In this document: positions 25,301 through 37,131 of the stretch, in pieces | How positions within the stretch are numbered: position 1 is the first letter of the stretch | Layout of the letters: each line of letters begins with the position of its first letter | DNA from: Vitrella brassicaformis CCMP3155 | Taxonomy: Eukaryota; Protista; Chromerida | Direction: 5' to 3' | Length of the DNA stretch: 64,000 bases | Assembly (NCBI GenBank): GCA_001179505.1 | Contig: CDMY01000255.1 | Coordinates: 62,001-126,000 of the forward strand | Position numbers and translations under genes: made by a program | Notes under the pieces: generated by a model | What the model was told of the DNA's origin: nothing | Seen by the model: only the letters and a program-made list of their open reading frames with translations | Databases searched by the model: none

Positions 25301-26325
25301 ATCAGCAGACTGTTCTTCTCGGGCGTAATGGCTCGAGCAGAGGGATACAGGAGCGGATGGCAGTCGGGTCTTGCTTCAGCTGGAGTGAAGACGCGGAGCC
25401 GGACGCTGTCTGCTGCCGTGTCGTCACCACTCATCTCGCCGAGAGTCAGTCGCTTGTAGTGGCTCCACCGCACCCTCCTCACCGGCCCGTCCACCTCCAA
25501 TCGGCGGAATGTGTCGCCGAATCGCCTCCGATCAATAACCTCGATCAGGCCCTTGCCCTCACAGGCCATTGAGTGCCCAGCAACCATCTCAGGCGCCAAT
25601 CCATTGACTGTCAGGCCGTCCACAGCCGCGCTGGTGTGCTTCTGCACGTCGGTCGAGCGGTAGGAGGCGGCATCGAGCAGGTCATGCATCGTCAGCCATC
25701 CACTCACACGTGACGAACCAGCGGCGCTGGATCCAGGCGAGAAGGCTTCCCTTGTCCAGCCAATCATGAGAGTGGAGGGCCCGACGAACCGGCATGAAAC
25801 GGGGCGGGCGTGCTCGTGAGGGTGGATGGACAAGGGCGGAGCCAAAAGGGGACACGAAGCCGGCTGCGTCGCGTCCGACAGAAAGGGCGGGTGTACAGGC
25901 ACATGCGGGGTCGTGTGCATCCAGTTGAGGTCATAGAGATAAACGCGGTGGTCCCATCCGATGGCCACCAGCCCGTTGTTGTAGGCGTTCCAGTCCACAC
26001 ACGAAGCCCGAGGGGTCAGCTGCTCCAGCGAGTAGGGCTGCAGCGTCAGGTCGGCCACGACACGGCCCTTGGACGAGTCACCAATGTCTATGAGAGCGGC
26101 AAAGTGCGAGTAGGCCAGGACGCCCTGGTAAGGCTGGGAGGCGTCGATTGAAGGGCTGAAGTCGACGAAGCATGAGTCGTCATCGAGAGAAAGCGGCTGT
26201 GACGTGATCCAATCGGGTGAGCTTGACGTGCTGTCGGCCCTGATGATGCCGTGGCGGTTCTCAGCCTGCCGGTAGCAGAAGAACCGGTCCTTGATCGATG
26301 AAAGGGGCACCAGGCGGTCACTCAT
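22381..26325 (-). CDS. MIOS: GATOR2/SEA complex subunit MIOS/Sea4-like (WD40, alpha-solenoid, C-terminal Zn finger)
   Basis: About 1000-aa first exon with WD-like CVDWNAYNNGLVAIGWD. The C-terminal exons give CWYCNEAL...FRCPNTHCKKELTKCAICLMPV...W|FVWCTLCHHGGCADHMLEWF...GCPVPDCNCHCDL*, the typical MIOS/WDR59 RING-like tail. Confidence 0.75.
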
Positions 26326-26585
26326 GACTCTGCTGACGGTGACAATGGATAGATCTGGAAGCCCAGCGTAGCCTCATCAAACTGTTGATGCTTGCAGCAG
26401 CCGAATGGCCTCGTGAACTTCTTCCCCTCTTCAGGAGTTTGAGCTCGCACTGGCTGCGGAGCGCCGAGCCAGATCTGCTGCACGCTGCCGTGCTTCACGC
26501 CGCTCACACGCCCTAGGAGAGCCGTTTTCCTGCCACTGTAGTGTTAACCTGCCATCGTCACATTGCCCACCCGCCATTGCCCAAG

Positions 26586-27978
26586 ATGTCAGTGAAGATG
26601 AATGTCTACGACCTCTCCGAGGGCATGCTGAGCAAGCTGGGCGGCGTGAGCAACGGCGCGGGCGGTATCTGGCACAGCGGCGTCATCATCGATGGGAAGG
26701 AGTACAGCTACGGCCTCTCCGGCGTCCAGTAAGCACACATGCACTCGCACCGGAACAGCCCCGGCTTGAGACATGCAGGACAGAGGCGCATGTTGTGTTG
26801 TGTGTGTCTTTCTGTCTGCGTCAGAGTGACGAATGTGGAGAACAGCTGGCCCGGCCCTGAGCTGCTGCGCGACTCGGTCGTGCTGGGCGAGTGCAAGCGT
26901 CGCCCGCAGGAGATTCAGGCCTTTCTCGAGGCAGCCAAGGGGCGATTCGCACCCGACAAGTACCATCTCACCAAGAATAACTGCAACGCCTTCACAGAAG
27001 AGTTCTGCAAGTGAGTGAGGCATGGGCACAACGAGGCTGGGTGCAGGGAGGGAGGGAGGGCGGGTCCGTGAGTGGACTTGGTGCTGTGTGGGTGCCGTGT
27101 GCGTGCAGGTATGTGTGTGGGAGCGGTCTCCCCTCGTACATCAGCGAGTTGCCCAACCAGCTCAAGGCCAGCCCCATCGGCCAGTCGGTCGAGGTATTCG
27201 TCGACGGACTCAACGACGGCATGCAGACCGCCGCTCGTGCCAAAGACGGTGGGGCAAACACATGTACACACACACACACTCCATTTGCTGGTGTGGTGTT
27301 TCCCTTCAGGTTCCAAGTTGGTGAGCACGGTGGGCCGCATGACGGCGGCAGCTGCATCGGGTGGCGTGGCCCAGGCGCTGCAGCTGTCCGAGGAGGAGGC
27401 CGCCCGCAAGCTGCAGCGACTCATGAAGCGCATGCTCAACAACACACGCACAGGGCAGACCCTCAATGGAAAGTAAGCACAGAAGACGACCGACCGACAC
27501 ACAGGAGCGCTCAGAAATTGACGCTTTTGTGTTGCTGCGGTCAGGATGAAGGGTTCATACGATGGCGCCAAGGCGGCCTTCTGGAATGCGGTTCGCGACC
27601 GTGCCTTCTACCTGTCCAAGCAGCGTGCGATGGGCGGCAAGCCGCAGGACCATCTCGAGGACTACTACCAGGTGCCTCGCCTCACACACCAGCGACACAC
27701 CGACACGTAACATGGACGTGTCAATGTGTCAGGCGCTGCACGAGGCGACCCGGCAGATCCCGCGGAGCAACCCCTTCTGGACAAGGGTGGCCGAGCGAGC
27801 ATACTAGTCATACCTCAAGGCACGCACACACACTGGACATACACACAGGGGCTGGAGTGCAGAGGAGAGAGTGCGACTGTGTGTGTGTGTTTAGGACCGT
27901 TCGAGTTCTGCGGACGCCAACTGGTACGGCGCCATCGAGAGCGAGCTCGCGGGAGACGTGCCGGTGGCCACCAACTGA
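26586..27978 (+). CDS. second PPPDE/DeSI-like peptidase
   Basis: MSVKMNVYDLSEGM...GIWHSGVIIDGKEYSYG...DKYHLTKNNCNAFTEEFCK...LPSYISELP; six or more GT-AG exons. Confidence 0.9.
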
Positions 27979-29713
27979 CTTAAGACCACAAACACACGAC
28001 ACGATATATATGGGTGTGGGGAGGGGCCAACACCACTTTCTGTCTGCATGCACTGTTCTCGCTCGCCGTAAGTTAAATTTGGTCTAGCTGTCTAGCCTTG
28101 CTGTCTAGCCTAGCTCTCTGCCTGTCTGTGATGCTCTTTGTCTGTGTCTGATCGACCGACCTATCTATCTATCGCTGCTGAATGGAACACAGTTTTGGCC
28201 GTCCCCTGCGCCCATATTTTGCCTAGGCCACATTCACAGGAGGGAGGGGGCAAGGCGCAGGGGCACGGCAGTGTGTGTGTGTGTGTGTGTGTTGGGAGTG
28301 TGCATACGCTATGCATGGCACCACTGCATGTCTGTGTGTATGTTTTATTAGTCAGGGGGCGGGGCGCATCACATCAAAGCAGGCGTGTGTCGATGGATCG
28401 ACCTATCTTCAGTCAGTGCCGGGGGCGGTTTTGCTCGCGACCTGAAGCCTCCATCGTCTGTCTGCATGAGAGAGGAGAGACAGGGGCACCGTATGGCTGG
28501 CTGAGTTTCGCACTAAGGGACAGAGAGAAGATACATGCATCACACAGAAAGACCGACTAGCTCTCGCCGTCATGCATGCTGTGTGCAGACAGGCCGACAG
28601 GCTGGCCTCCGTCCGTCTGTCTGTCTGTCTCTGTCTGTCTCCGGGTGTGTGGGTGTGACGTTCAAACACGTCTCACCGGCAGTCCTCATGATTCATATCA
28701 AGGGTCCATCCGGTGTGCCGAGCAGCACTGGACCCCCTCATTCATCTCGCCCTCTCCCAACACCACACAAGACACACACACAACGACTGTCTGTGAGCGT
28801 GCCTACAATGCCTCTTGTCCGTTTTCGCGCCCGTGTGCTGCGCGGTGCTCACTCGCACTTGCGGAGCTTTTCTACCGCACCACTCCTCTGACTGAGGCCG
28901 TGTAGCGGTTTGAACACGGGTCCCACTTCTGTCACTGAGGTGGGCTGTCAGTCAGTGAGGCTTCCTTCACTGGCAGGGCAGGGCTGCTGTTTTGGCAGCA
29001 TCCATGTTGGGGGGAGCCCCGCCCGTAGCGGCGGGCCTTCCACCTTCACCAGTACTACCTGTACTGGCCTTCCACCTTACCTGTACTGGCTGGGGCCCTA
29101 TATTTTTTCTTTTTTTTCCCAACGTGCAGGCAGGAAGGAGGTGGTGACGCATGCTGTGTCGGCGGAGTCACACCCAACGTTGCTGTGGGGCTTCGCACAC
29201 CCTGCAGCTCACTCACTCGCTCTGCTCCTCTAGGGGGGTCGGTGGGTGGGTCGGACAAGTCAGGCAACACCACGAAGGCAGGCAGACAGGCAGGCACAGG
29301 AGGGAGGGAGGGAGGACGTTCAAATGGCGCGAGCTTTTGCCGATTTGCTGCTTGGTCGGTTCATCGATGCGCTGCAGACGGGCGGCAGTCACGTAGCGGC
29401 TCATCCGCATGCTTGGCAGCACTGGGCCCCCACACACCCACATGCCATACACAGACAGACAGGCAGACAGACAGACAGGTGGACGGGGGTGGAGGGCGAT
29501 GTGCATGCTTCCGTGTTTCGCTGTCTTGTCGGGTACTTCGTCTGTGTTGTTGCCCCACGACGGTTTTCCATCCGTCTGTCTTGCACGGGTTGGCATGTTC
29601 GCTTGGGAAAGAGAGGGAGGTGAGTCGCCAGACAGAATGTGTGTGTGTAGAGAGAGGGAGCTCGGTGACGGAAGGTCACGTGCAGTGGATCTGTGTGGTC
29701 GCTTGTCTCTCTA

Positions 29714-30965
29714 CAGCGCAGCGGCACAGGCGTGGTTCATTGCATCAGCCCAATGCAACGAGCCGTACCTGTGCTTGCGGCGCTTCAGAGAGGGGAGTGA
29801 TAACATAGCAGCTGGGGGGATGGTATTGGTGTTGATGTCTGGTAGATGTCTGGTAGCCGGGCGACATGGGTTTTTGTTGCTCAGTCTTCCTCGGGTTGGG
29901 CGCAGCACGCGCAGGTCGTCAGTCAGGCGTTCCCTCAGCGTCTGGCCGACACCCTGGTCGTGCGCGACACCCTGCCCGAAATGACGAGAGCAACTGAGAG
30001 CGGACATGTGTAGACAGGTGGACTTTGCGTGGTCGTATGTATGTGGTGCGCCGCTCGTGTGGGTGAGACTTCTGCTGGATGGATGGGCTCAACACAGAGC
30101 GACAAAGCAACGGATCAATATTGTATAGATGCTTCAAGTGTCTGTCTGCAAGTGGAGGAAAACCGGAAGTGTCTGTCGCATTGCACAGTGAGGAAAAAGG
30201 GCTCCAAGCATCAGTGGAGCCACAGGTAGGTCGACCCGAGTGACGATTGGCATTGAAGCCGCGCCTGCCGACGGATTCCCACCTGTGCTTGCAGCAGCAC
30301 CGGTGAAAACCATCAGGAAAGGCCGGTTCAATGTTGCCAACCTCACGTCGACTCGACCGACGGACAAGCAGCCAAAGACAAAAGTCATGCATGATGCACA
30401 CAATCAACACAATACAGACAGCCTCTCGTGATCGACCTGGCTGGCTGGCAAACACAGCCCCCACAACCACCCGGTCGCCACGACACACAACCATGGACTC
30501 AAACAAGGTAGAAATCTAGGAGGAGAGCCAGCCTGTGGCGTCCCGTGGTTGATGCGTCTGTCAGAGCTCCCGGAGAGGTTTCGGCTCCCCATCCTCCTCA
30601 ATGAAGAGCCGGTGCCTCTCCACAAGCTGCAAGAAACACATCACCAGGCACGCACTGCCAGGCTGGCCAGCGGCGAAAAAGGCGGCGAGTAAGTGTAAGT
30701 GTGGCTGTTTGCTGTGTGAATGTGGCCAACAACAAACATGTCATCAAACGTGCCCGCGCCTTCGGGAGCGAGCAAGGAACAATTCAGAGAGTGGTGTCAC
30801 CCAATCGGCGGACGACGGAAAACTTGTCTGTGTACGCATGCAATGCAATGGGGGAGGGATGTGTGTGTAGGTCGGTATGCAGGCATCACATCCATGTGCG
30901 CAGTAGGGACCGACGACCGATCCACAAGAAACTCACAAACGGGGCAAAAAACGCAATCATGCAGG
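29714..30965 (+). other. possible degenerate or hypothetical spliced coding segments
   Basis: Protein-like stretches (VVSQAFPQRLADTLVVRDTLPEM; MRLSELPERFRLPILLNEEPVPLHKLQE; HHIHVRSRDRRPIHKKLTNGAKNAIMQ) lie near splice-like sites, but no consistent gene model could be built. Confidence 0.25.
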
Positions 30966-31924
30966 TAGGTACGCAAAGTACGTAACGTGCACATGCATGC
31001 ATGTTCCCCTTCCTCTCCCCTGCTGAGCACCGCGCACCCTTTCCTGTCCGCCGCCCTTGAAACGCCTGATGCCCTGCCTGTCAGCAGCACGACCCAAGAA
31101 AACAATTCCACCCCCCCTCCCTCTCCAGCCAGACAAGGGCCACAAAAAGTGTCCCTTCCCCTTCCCCCCTCTCTCTCTCTCTCTCTCTGCAGTGGTGTGA
31201 AAGCAAAGTGCGGTTGCATAGGTACGAGCACGCAGCCATGACAACTTGACAAGACAGCAAAACCGAGGTCGATATGCAGGGAGGGAGGGATATGTGTGGC
31301 GGAAAGTGGTGGAAAGTGTTGCTCTTTCGGCGCCGCGCCTATGTTACACAAACAGTACACACACGTGTGTGGCGTGGCGTGGTGTGGCGTTCGTAGACAC
31401 ATACACACACACATACATACATACATACAGACCACGCACACTCAGCACAACTATGTATGCGCCCGACTCCAGCGCATTATATATGTGTCCACTCTCTCTC
31501 TCTCTGGTGTGTCGGCCCGTGTCGTGAGCGTGTCTGGGAATGTGACAGGTCAGATCAGTCAGGGCAGCTGAAAAAACGAAGCCTGACCATCCGAACCAAC
31601 AGCACAAAACCACAAAACGAAACAACCACCACACACACGACACACTGGCATGACACGCACTCATGCATCATCCCTCAGTCGCTCTCTCGCCGGCCGGCCA
31701 CACAAGAAAGGAAAAGCAAACCAAAACCAAAACACCGACCAGCGACCATGCACCCACCCTTACCCGGCACCCACGTGACAAAACACCCCCGGCACAGCAC
31801 AGTATGGCTACCCGTCCCTCCCTCCCTCCCTCCCTGCGTATGTATGTATCACCATACGTACACGCAGCCCCCGACCCCCACCCCCTACCCCCTAGTGACT
31901 AAACTAGACACGGCCCTCTTTGCT

Positions 31925-32602
31925 TCACGGCTCTTCTGAGACGCCGCTGGCGGTGGTGGCCTGGCTGGCCATGCTCTGCGAGTGGGGGATGCCCTTGAGC
32001 ACGTCCGGCTGGCTGTCGAGCATGAAGACCCTCGAGTCGCCCGACGGCAGGGAGGGCTTCGAGTAGATGATCTTGGCAGTCAGCAGCAGGAGCGCACACA
32101 GCAACGCACTCGCGTTGGCGATAATCACCTGAAACGCGCACACACGAGACAAGAAGACACGTGAGACACTGTCTGCATGTGTGGGTGGGGTGGGGTGGGG
32201 TGGGTGTGCGCACCGGCCATTCGTGTATGAGTATGCCGTAGGTGATGAAGGAGCAGGAGGCCAGGACTTCGAGCACGATCATCAGCAGCGATATACCGTC
32301 GGCCTTACGCGAACGGTACGTCAGCCACTGCAGTCAGCAGACAGCAACACAGACGCAGCTGCGGTGGGTGTGTTTCTTGTCTCTCCAGCGCCAGGGTGCA
32401 TGTGTGCCTCACCACTTGCGGCAGGAAGACGAGGAAGAGCAGGATGCTGCCCACATACCCGAACGCCTCACTGCACACACAACAAACCACCCACACGCAG
32501 AGCATACCAATCAGATGCAGCTGCTCTGATCCTTCCTCCTTATACAGGCCTGCCTCTCCTCCCGCGTGTCCCTGCTCACCTGACGGGAGTGTCCACGGCC
32601 AT
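31925..32602 (-). CDS. SemiSWEET-like single PQ-loop (3-TM) transporter, 132 aa
   Basis: Four exons: MAVDTPVS|EAFGYVGSILLFLVFLPQV|WLTYRSRKADGISLLMIVLEVLASCSFITYGILIHEWP|VIIANASALLCALLLLTAKIIYSKPS...EEP*. It carries the FLPQ, ISL, YGIL and P-x-I-I-A-N motifs. Confidence 0.85.
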
Positions 32603-32841
32603 GCTGCTGTGTGAGAGGAAGTGACGCTGGCAAGCAGGTGTTCAAAATCGCAGCCGCGGCACAGATGAAGCTCGGCGTAGGCAGCAGCGTTGCTAGCGTC
32701 CTCTTCGTTCGCTTTTCCCTTTTCCTCCTCTTTCTGCGAGCTTTGGGCTGCGAGCTAGGCTTGCAGACGGGAGATGTGGACCGGGAAGGCCAGGCCTTCA
32801 TGGCATAGTTGAGGGCTCAGCTTGTCGAGCTGCAAGCACCA

Positions 32842-33289
32842 ATGGCTTCCTTCGATAATTCGAGGTATTTCCCGAACGAACTGTCGGATGAGCCGACGGG
32901 CGGAACGGACCTCCACGGCGATGAATTCAGGTGAGTGGGCAGAGGAAAGCTGCCTGCCTCCGTATTGCCTGCCACTGCTCACTGCTGGCATACATCCTTA
33001 AGCTTTGACTGATATGCTGTTTGGTCATCAGGTCATGGTGCGTGGTGAATTCGCAGAGGGTGATGGATAAAATCATGCGGAGGCAGCATGAGAAGCCGTC
33101 CATATACACGGGTGGGGTGCACAAACACACAACAGACAAACGGACAAACGGACAAACCATGCATTCCCCTGTGGCTGGTTGGTTTCTGTCACTTTCTCAC
33201 CTCAGGTGAGTGCGGCAAGGCCTACGTGCTGATGGACATGGCCGACCACGGTGAGCAGCAAACACATGTGTACACACACACAATGCCAG

Positions 33290-33326
<37 letters not shown>

Positions 33327-35167
33327 GTCTGTGTTGCAGGTGTGGCACTGTCGAAGGACCCGTCGATATCGAGCCCCGTCAACCTGTACGAGTCGGCCTT
33401 CCACATCATCACACGCGAGATGCAGCACTTCCCACCCAACCGGGTGGCGTCGTTCCTCGAGGGCCTTTCGGGCTGCATCGCGATGCAGGCAGGCAAATCT
33501 CACCCTCACACACACAGAGCATGGAGCAAGGGAGAAGGTGAAGGTGTGTCAAGCCTCCATGTGATTCGTTGGTGTGTTGTGATACTTGCAGGCCGTGTTG
33601 CTGGTGAAGCTGCAGCGGTCACAGGAGGCTCTGTCGTCCCTCACGCGCCTCCTCTCGCTCGCACAGCACGTAAGAGCAACCAGCACCTGGTATGGCTTAT
33701 GTATTGACAGCCACACTGCTCACACAGGTGTCTTCGATGGCTGAGGACGAGTGCGAGTTCCTGTACGGCCGTGCGGGGTACGTGTATGCCCTCCACTGGA
33801 CGCAGCGGCAGATCGAGCAGCACGACGAGAGGAATGCCGACATCGACAGCTTCTTCTCTCAGGGCGGCTGGGCCAGGGTCAAGATCGACATACTCAGGCA
33901 GGTCAACCGACATACACACGACAGATGTCCAATGAATGGGCAGCAACCATCCTCCTGTGTGGGTGTGTCTGCAGATCCTGATTGAGGGCTTATCTTGTGC
34001 GAATCGGCTGGCCGGCAACGGTATCGACCTCGGCGGCCTACCCCTTGCTTACGAGTGGCACGGGAAGTGCTACCTGGGTGCTGCGCACGGCCTGGTAAGA
34101 ATATACAACTACTAACGATGGCGTGTGTGCGCCGGTGAATGCCCGGAAATTGTGCTCCGCTGTTCCGTTTCCCTCACCTGGTCAGGCAGGCATCCTCCAG
34201 GTGCTGCTGCTGTGCCGCAGTGACCTCCCACACATCAACCTGCAGACAAGTGAGGCACCAGTAGGTGAACGCGTGCCACGAAACCACACCAAACGACACG
34301 CGCTTTTCTGTGTGTCTGTGCAGGCGGCCATGACGCGTCCGTCACCCCAATGTCGCTGATCTCCCGCTGTCTGAATGTCCTCTCGTCCTCACCTCACATG
34401 TTTCCTGGAGGCAATGTGTCGTCGAGCGTGGGATCCACGCATGACAGACTCGTGCAGTGGTGCCACGGGGTGAGCTCACGGGTGTGCGAGGACATCGCAT
34501 TGGTGCATGATGGGATCGGATGGGGTGTATGGTGGTGTGTGTGTGCAGGCTCCCGGGTTCCTCCCCGTCTATGTGCAGGCCATGGAGGTGTTTCCGAGCG
34601 AGCGGGAGCGATTCGCGAGGGTCGCTCTGCAGATGGGGGAGGCGGTCTGGCAGAGGTACACGCATTCGCGCGCGCATCTAAGGTGCCGTGTGTTGTTTGT
34701 CGTGCAGGGGTCTGCTGCGGAAAGGGGTTGGCTTGTGTCACGGAATTGCCGGTACTTACACTGACGCTTCACTTGTACGGCACGACGGGGGTGGCTGTGT
34801 GCTTGGTGCAGGCAATGCGTTTGCCCTGCTCTCTGCGTACCGAATTGCGCGAGACCCGAAGTGGCTGAGGAGAGCACAACAGGTGCGTAGGTCCATACGC
34901 GCATCCAGTTCGAGCCGCCCTGCACTGTTTCTTCCTTGCGTGCAGTTTGCTGCGTACTCGTTGGAGCACTTTGATGACCTGCGGAGGATCCCTGATAGGT
35001 GGGTCGGTCGATGAGACGACACACTGTCCCTTATATATGCGGTCGGCATCTCTGTGGCGTGTGTCGCGTGCAGGCCGTACAGTCTGTTCGAGGGCATGGG
35101 GGGCCTGGTGTGCCTCCTCACTCAGCTGCGAAGTCCCGACAGGGCGCTCTTCCCCGCATACGAATGA
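32842..35167 (+). CDS. LANCL: LanC-like protein (eukaryotic LANCL/GCR2 family)
   Basis: About 13 exons: [57 protein letters not shown]...[30 protein letters not shown] and [10 protein letters not shown]...FPAYE*. Confidence 0.95.
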
Positions 35168-35752
35168 GACGCTAGTCTGTCCGGCTGTAAGACTAGGCTC
35201 TAGGCATCATTTCTCGGTTGCTTCTCGTGTGTTCGTCAACCTAGTGAGGGATGAGAGATGGTCTCTCTGTCATTCCGCATGTCTGTCTGTCTGTCTGCCT
35301 GGTCTGTGGCTGTGTATGTATTTTTTGCTTGGCTGGCTGCATTCTAGCGAGTGAATGAGTGCATATGGGCGGGCCGTGGGATATCAATCACCTAGGGAGT
35401 GAGTGAGTGAGTGAGTGGGTCGAGTCCTGATCACGGATTCGATTAAAGGGAGTGGGTAGTGATTGGGTTGTACGTGTGTGCGTGTGCAATTGTGTGTGAG
35501 CTGCCGTACCGCACCTTCAGCAGTAAGCTTTAGACACTGTCAACATGTGCACTCAACCAAAAGCTTGACCGCGAGGAGTACCTGCCATCCTGTCCTGTCC
35601 ATAATTAGAGTCGTTGAAGAGGCGCAGCCATACGTATATATGACTGATCGATCACGTACACATCATTAACTCTGCTTTGTGAGTGAGTGAGTGAGTGAGT
35701 GAGTGAGGGACAGACGCAGACGTACACTCACTCAGATTCATTGATTGCCGTG

Positions 35753-36028
35753 ATGCTGGGTGGCCGCGGTGTGCTGTCGTTGCTTGTGCTTGCCGCCGTC
35801 CTCATCCGTGTGTCTCGTGCGGCCTTGCCCTTTGCTGGCCCGGCGAGCCGCGAGGCCATCCGTCAGGAAGTCATCGGCTCGTCGGACTTCCAAGTCTGTG
35901 CATAGACGAGACACCACACCTCAATTGTTGTGTGTGTCTGTCGTGTGTGTATGTCAGATCAACATTCATCCGCCGGAGGTCACACACGTGCACACCGCAG
36001 CAAATGCATCCATCCACGGGTGTGTGCA

Positions 36029-36060
<32 letters not shown>

Positions 36061-36818
36061 TGTGTGTGTTGTGTTGGTGTGTGTGTTGTGTGTCAGGAGG
36101 ACACGCAGGATGTGCTCGACTCGCTCGACAAGCTGCTGCGGCTGGAAGAAACAGAACGAAGGGCCGACGTACGCACACACACACACAGAACATCCACCAG
36201 AGACACCAACACACTCAGAGACACGGACGGATGGATGGCTGAATGTGTGTGTGTGTGTCAGGAGGAGGATTACGTGAGTGAGAAGCAGCGACTGCTCACA
36301 ACAGAGAAGCAGCGCGTCCGTGACGTCGTCCACGCCGCTTATGAACCCCTCCTCGCCACCATCCCCAAGCCAATCTCGGTCAGTCGGCCGTCACACATTC
36401 ATCGCAATCGACACACGACCATCTCATGAATGCGTGTCTGTCTTGCCGTCAGACGCGCATCACTCGAGTCATGTCCAAGTATGTTTTCCCCCAGCCAAAG
36501 CGTGGCCGCCTGCCCGCACTGAGATTCAGACAGAAGCAGACCAAGGCGGCACGCAAACACCAACAGCCAGACGGCCCAGTGGAGTCGAGCGTCAGGGAGA
36601 CAACAGCCCAGATGAATGCTCCGCCCTCACTCTACGGTGAGGCACACAAACATCCATCCATCCATCCATATGTGTGTTGTGTCGTGTGTGCAGGCAACCG
36701 ACTGACACAGCCTCAGTTTCCACCTGTGCAGCCCGAGAGGTCAGAGGTGCTGATGCTGCCCAACGGTGTGATTGATGGCAAAGGCACGATAAGTGACCCA
36801 GCAGAAGACAAACAATAG
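35753..36818 (+). CDS. signal-peptide-bearing protein, possibly of the apicomplexan blood-stage antigen 41-3-like family
   Basis: Signal peptide MLGGRGVLSLLVLAAVLIRVSRAA, then micro-exons SDFQ|INIHPPE|EDTQDVLDSLDKLLRLEETERRAD|EEDYVSEKQRLLTTEKQRVRDVVHAAYEPL. The family resemblance is from memory and the 3' exons are uncertain. Confidence 0.6.
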
Positions 36819-37131
36819 ACAGGCAATGGCCACGCACCGACAGACATACATTGGCTTGAAACGATGAGACAAAACAAAGGAGGCCATCAGTATCATCATT
36901 GCTCAAATGGCCATATGCTGCTGGCCTGGAAGTTGGATTATTTACGCCACTTTTCAGCTCGCAAAGTTTTGCCCTAGGGCTGCCGATTTCGTGAAACCGC
37001 TCTCTCTTCGCGCAAGCCGCGGAGTCAAAACCTGCGAGGAGGCGCATCGTGAAGCACGGGCTGCTTCAGGAGCCGCACACGCAACAAACCAGCGGTTCGC
37101 TTCTTCTGACACTTCTTCTTATCTATTCGCC

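Noticed and set aside
28560-29700. Possible small gene(s) on either strand
   Set aside because: Short coding-like pieces (for example MRMSRYVTAARLQRIDEPTKQQIG) could not be joined into a consistent model, and the intron-type repeats point in both directions.
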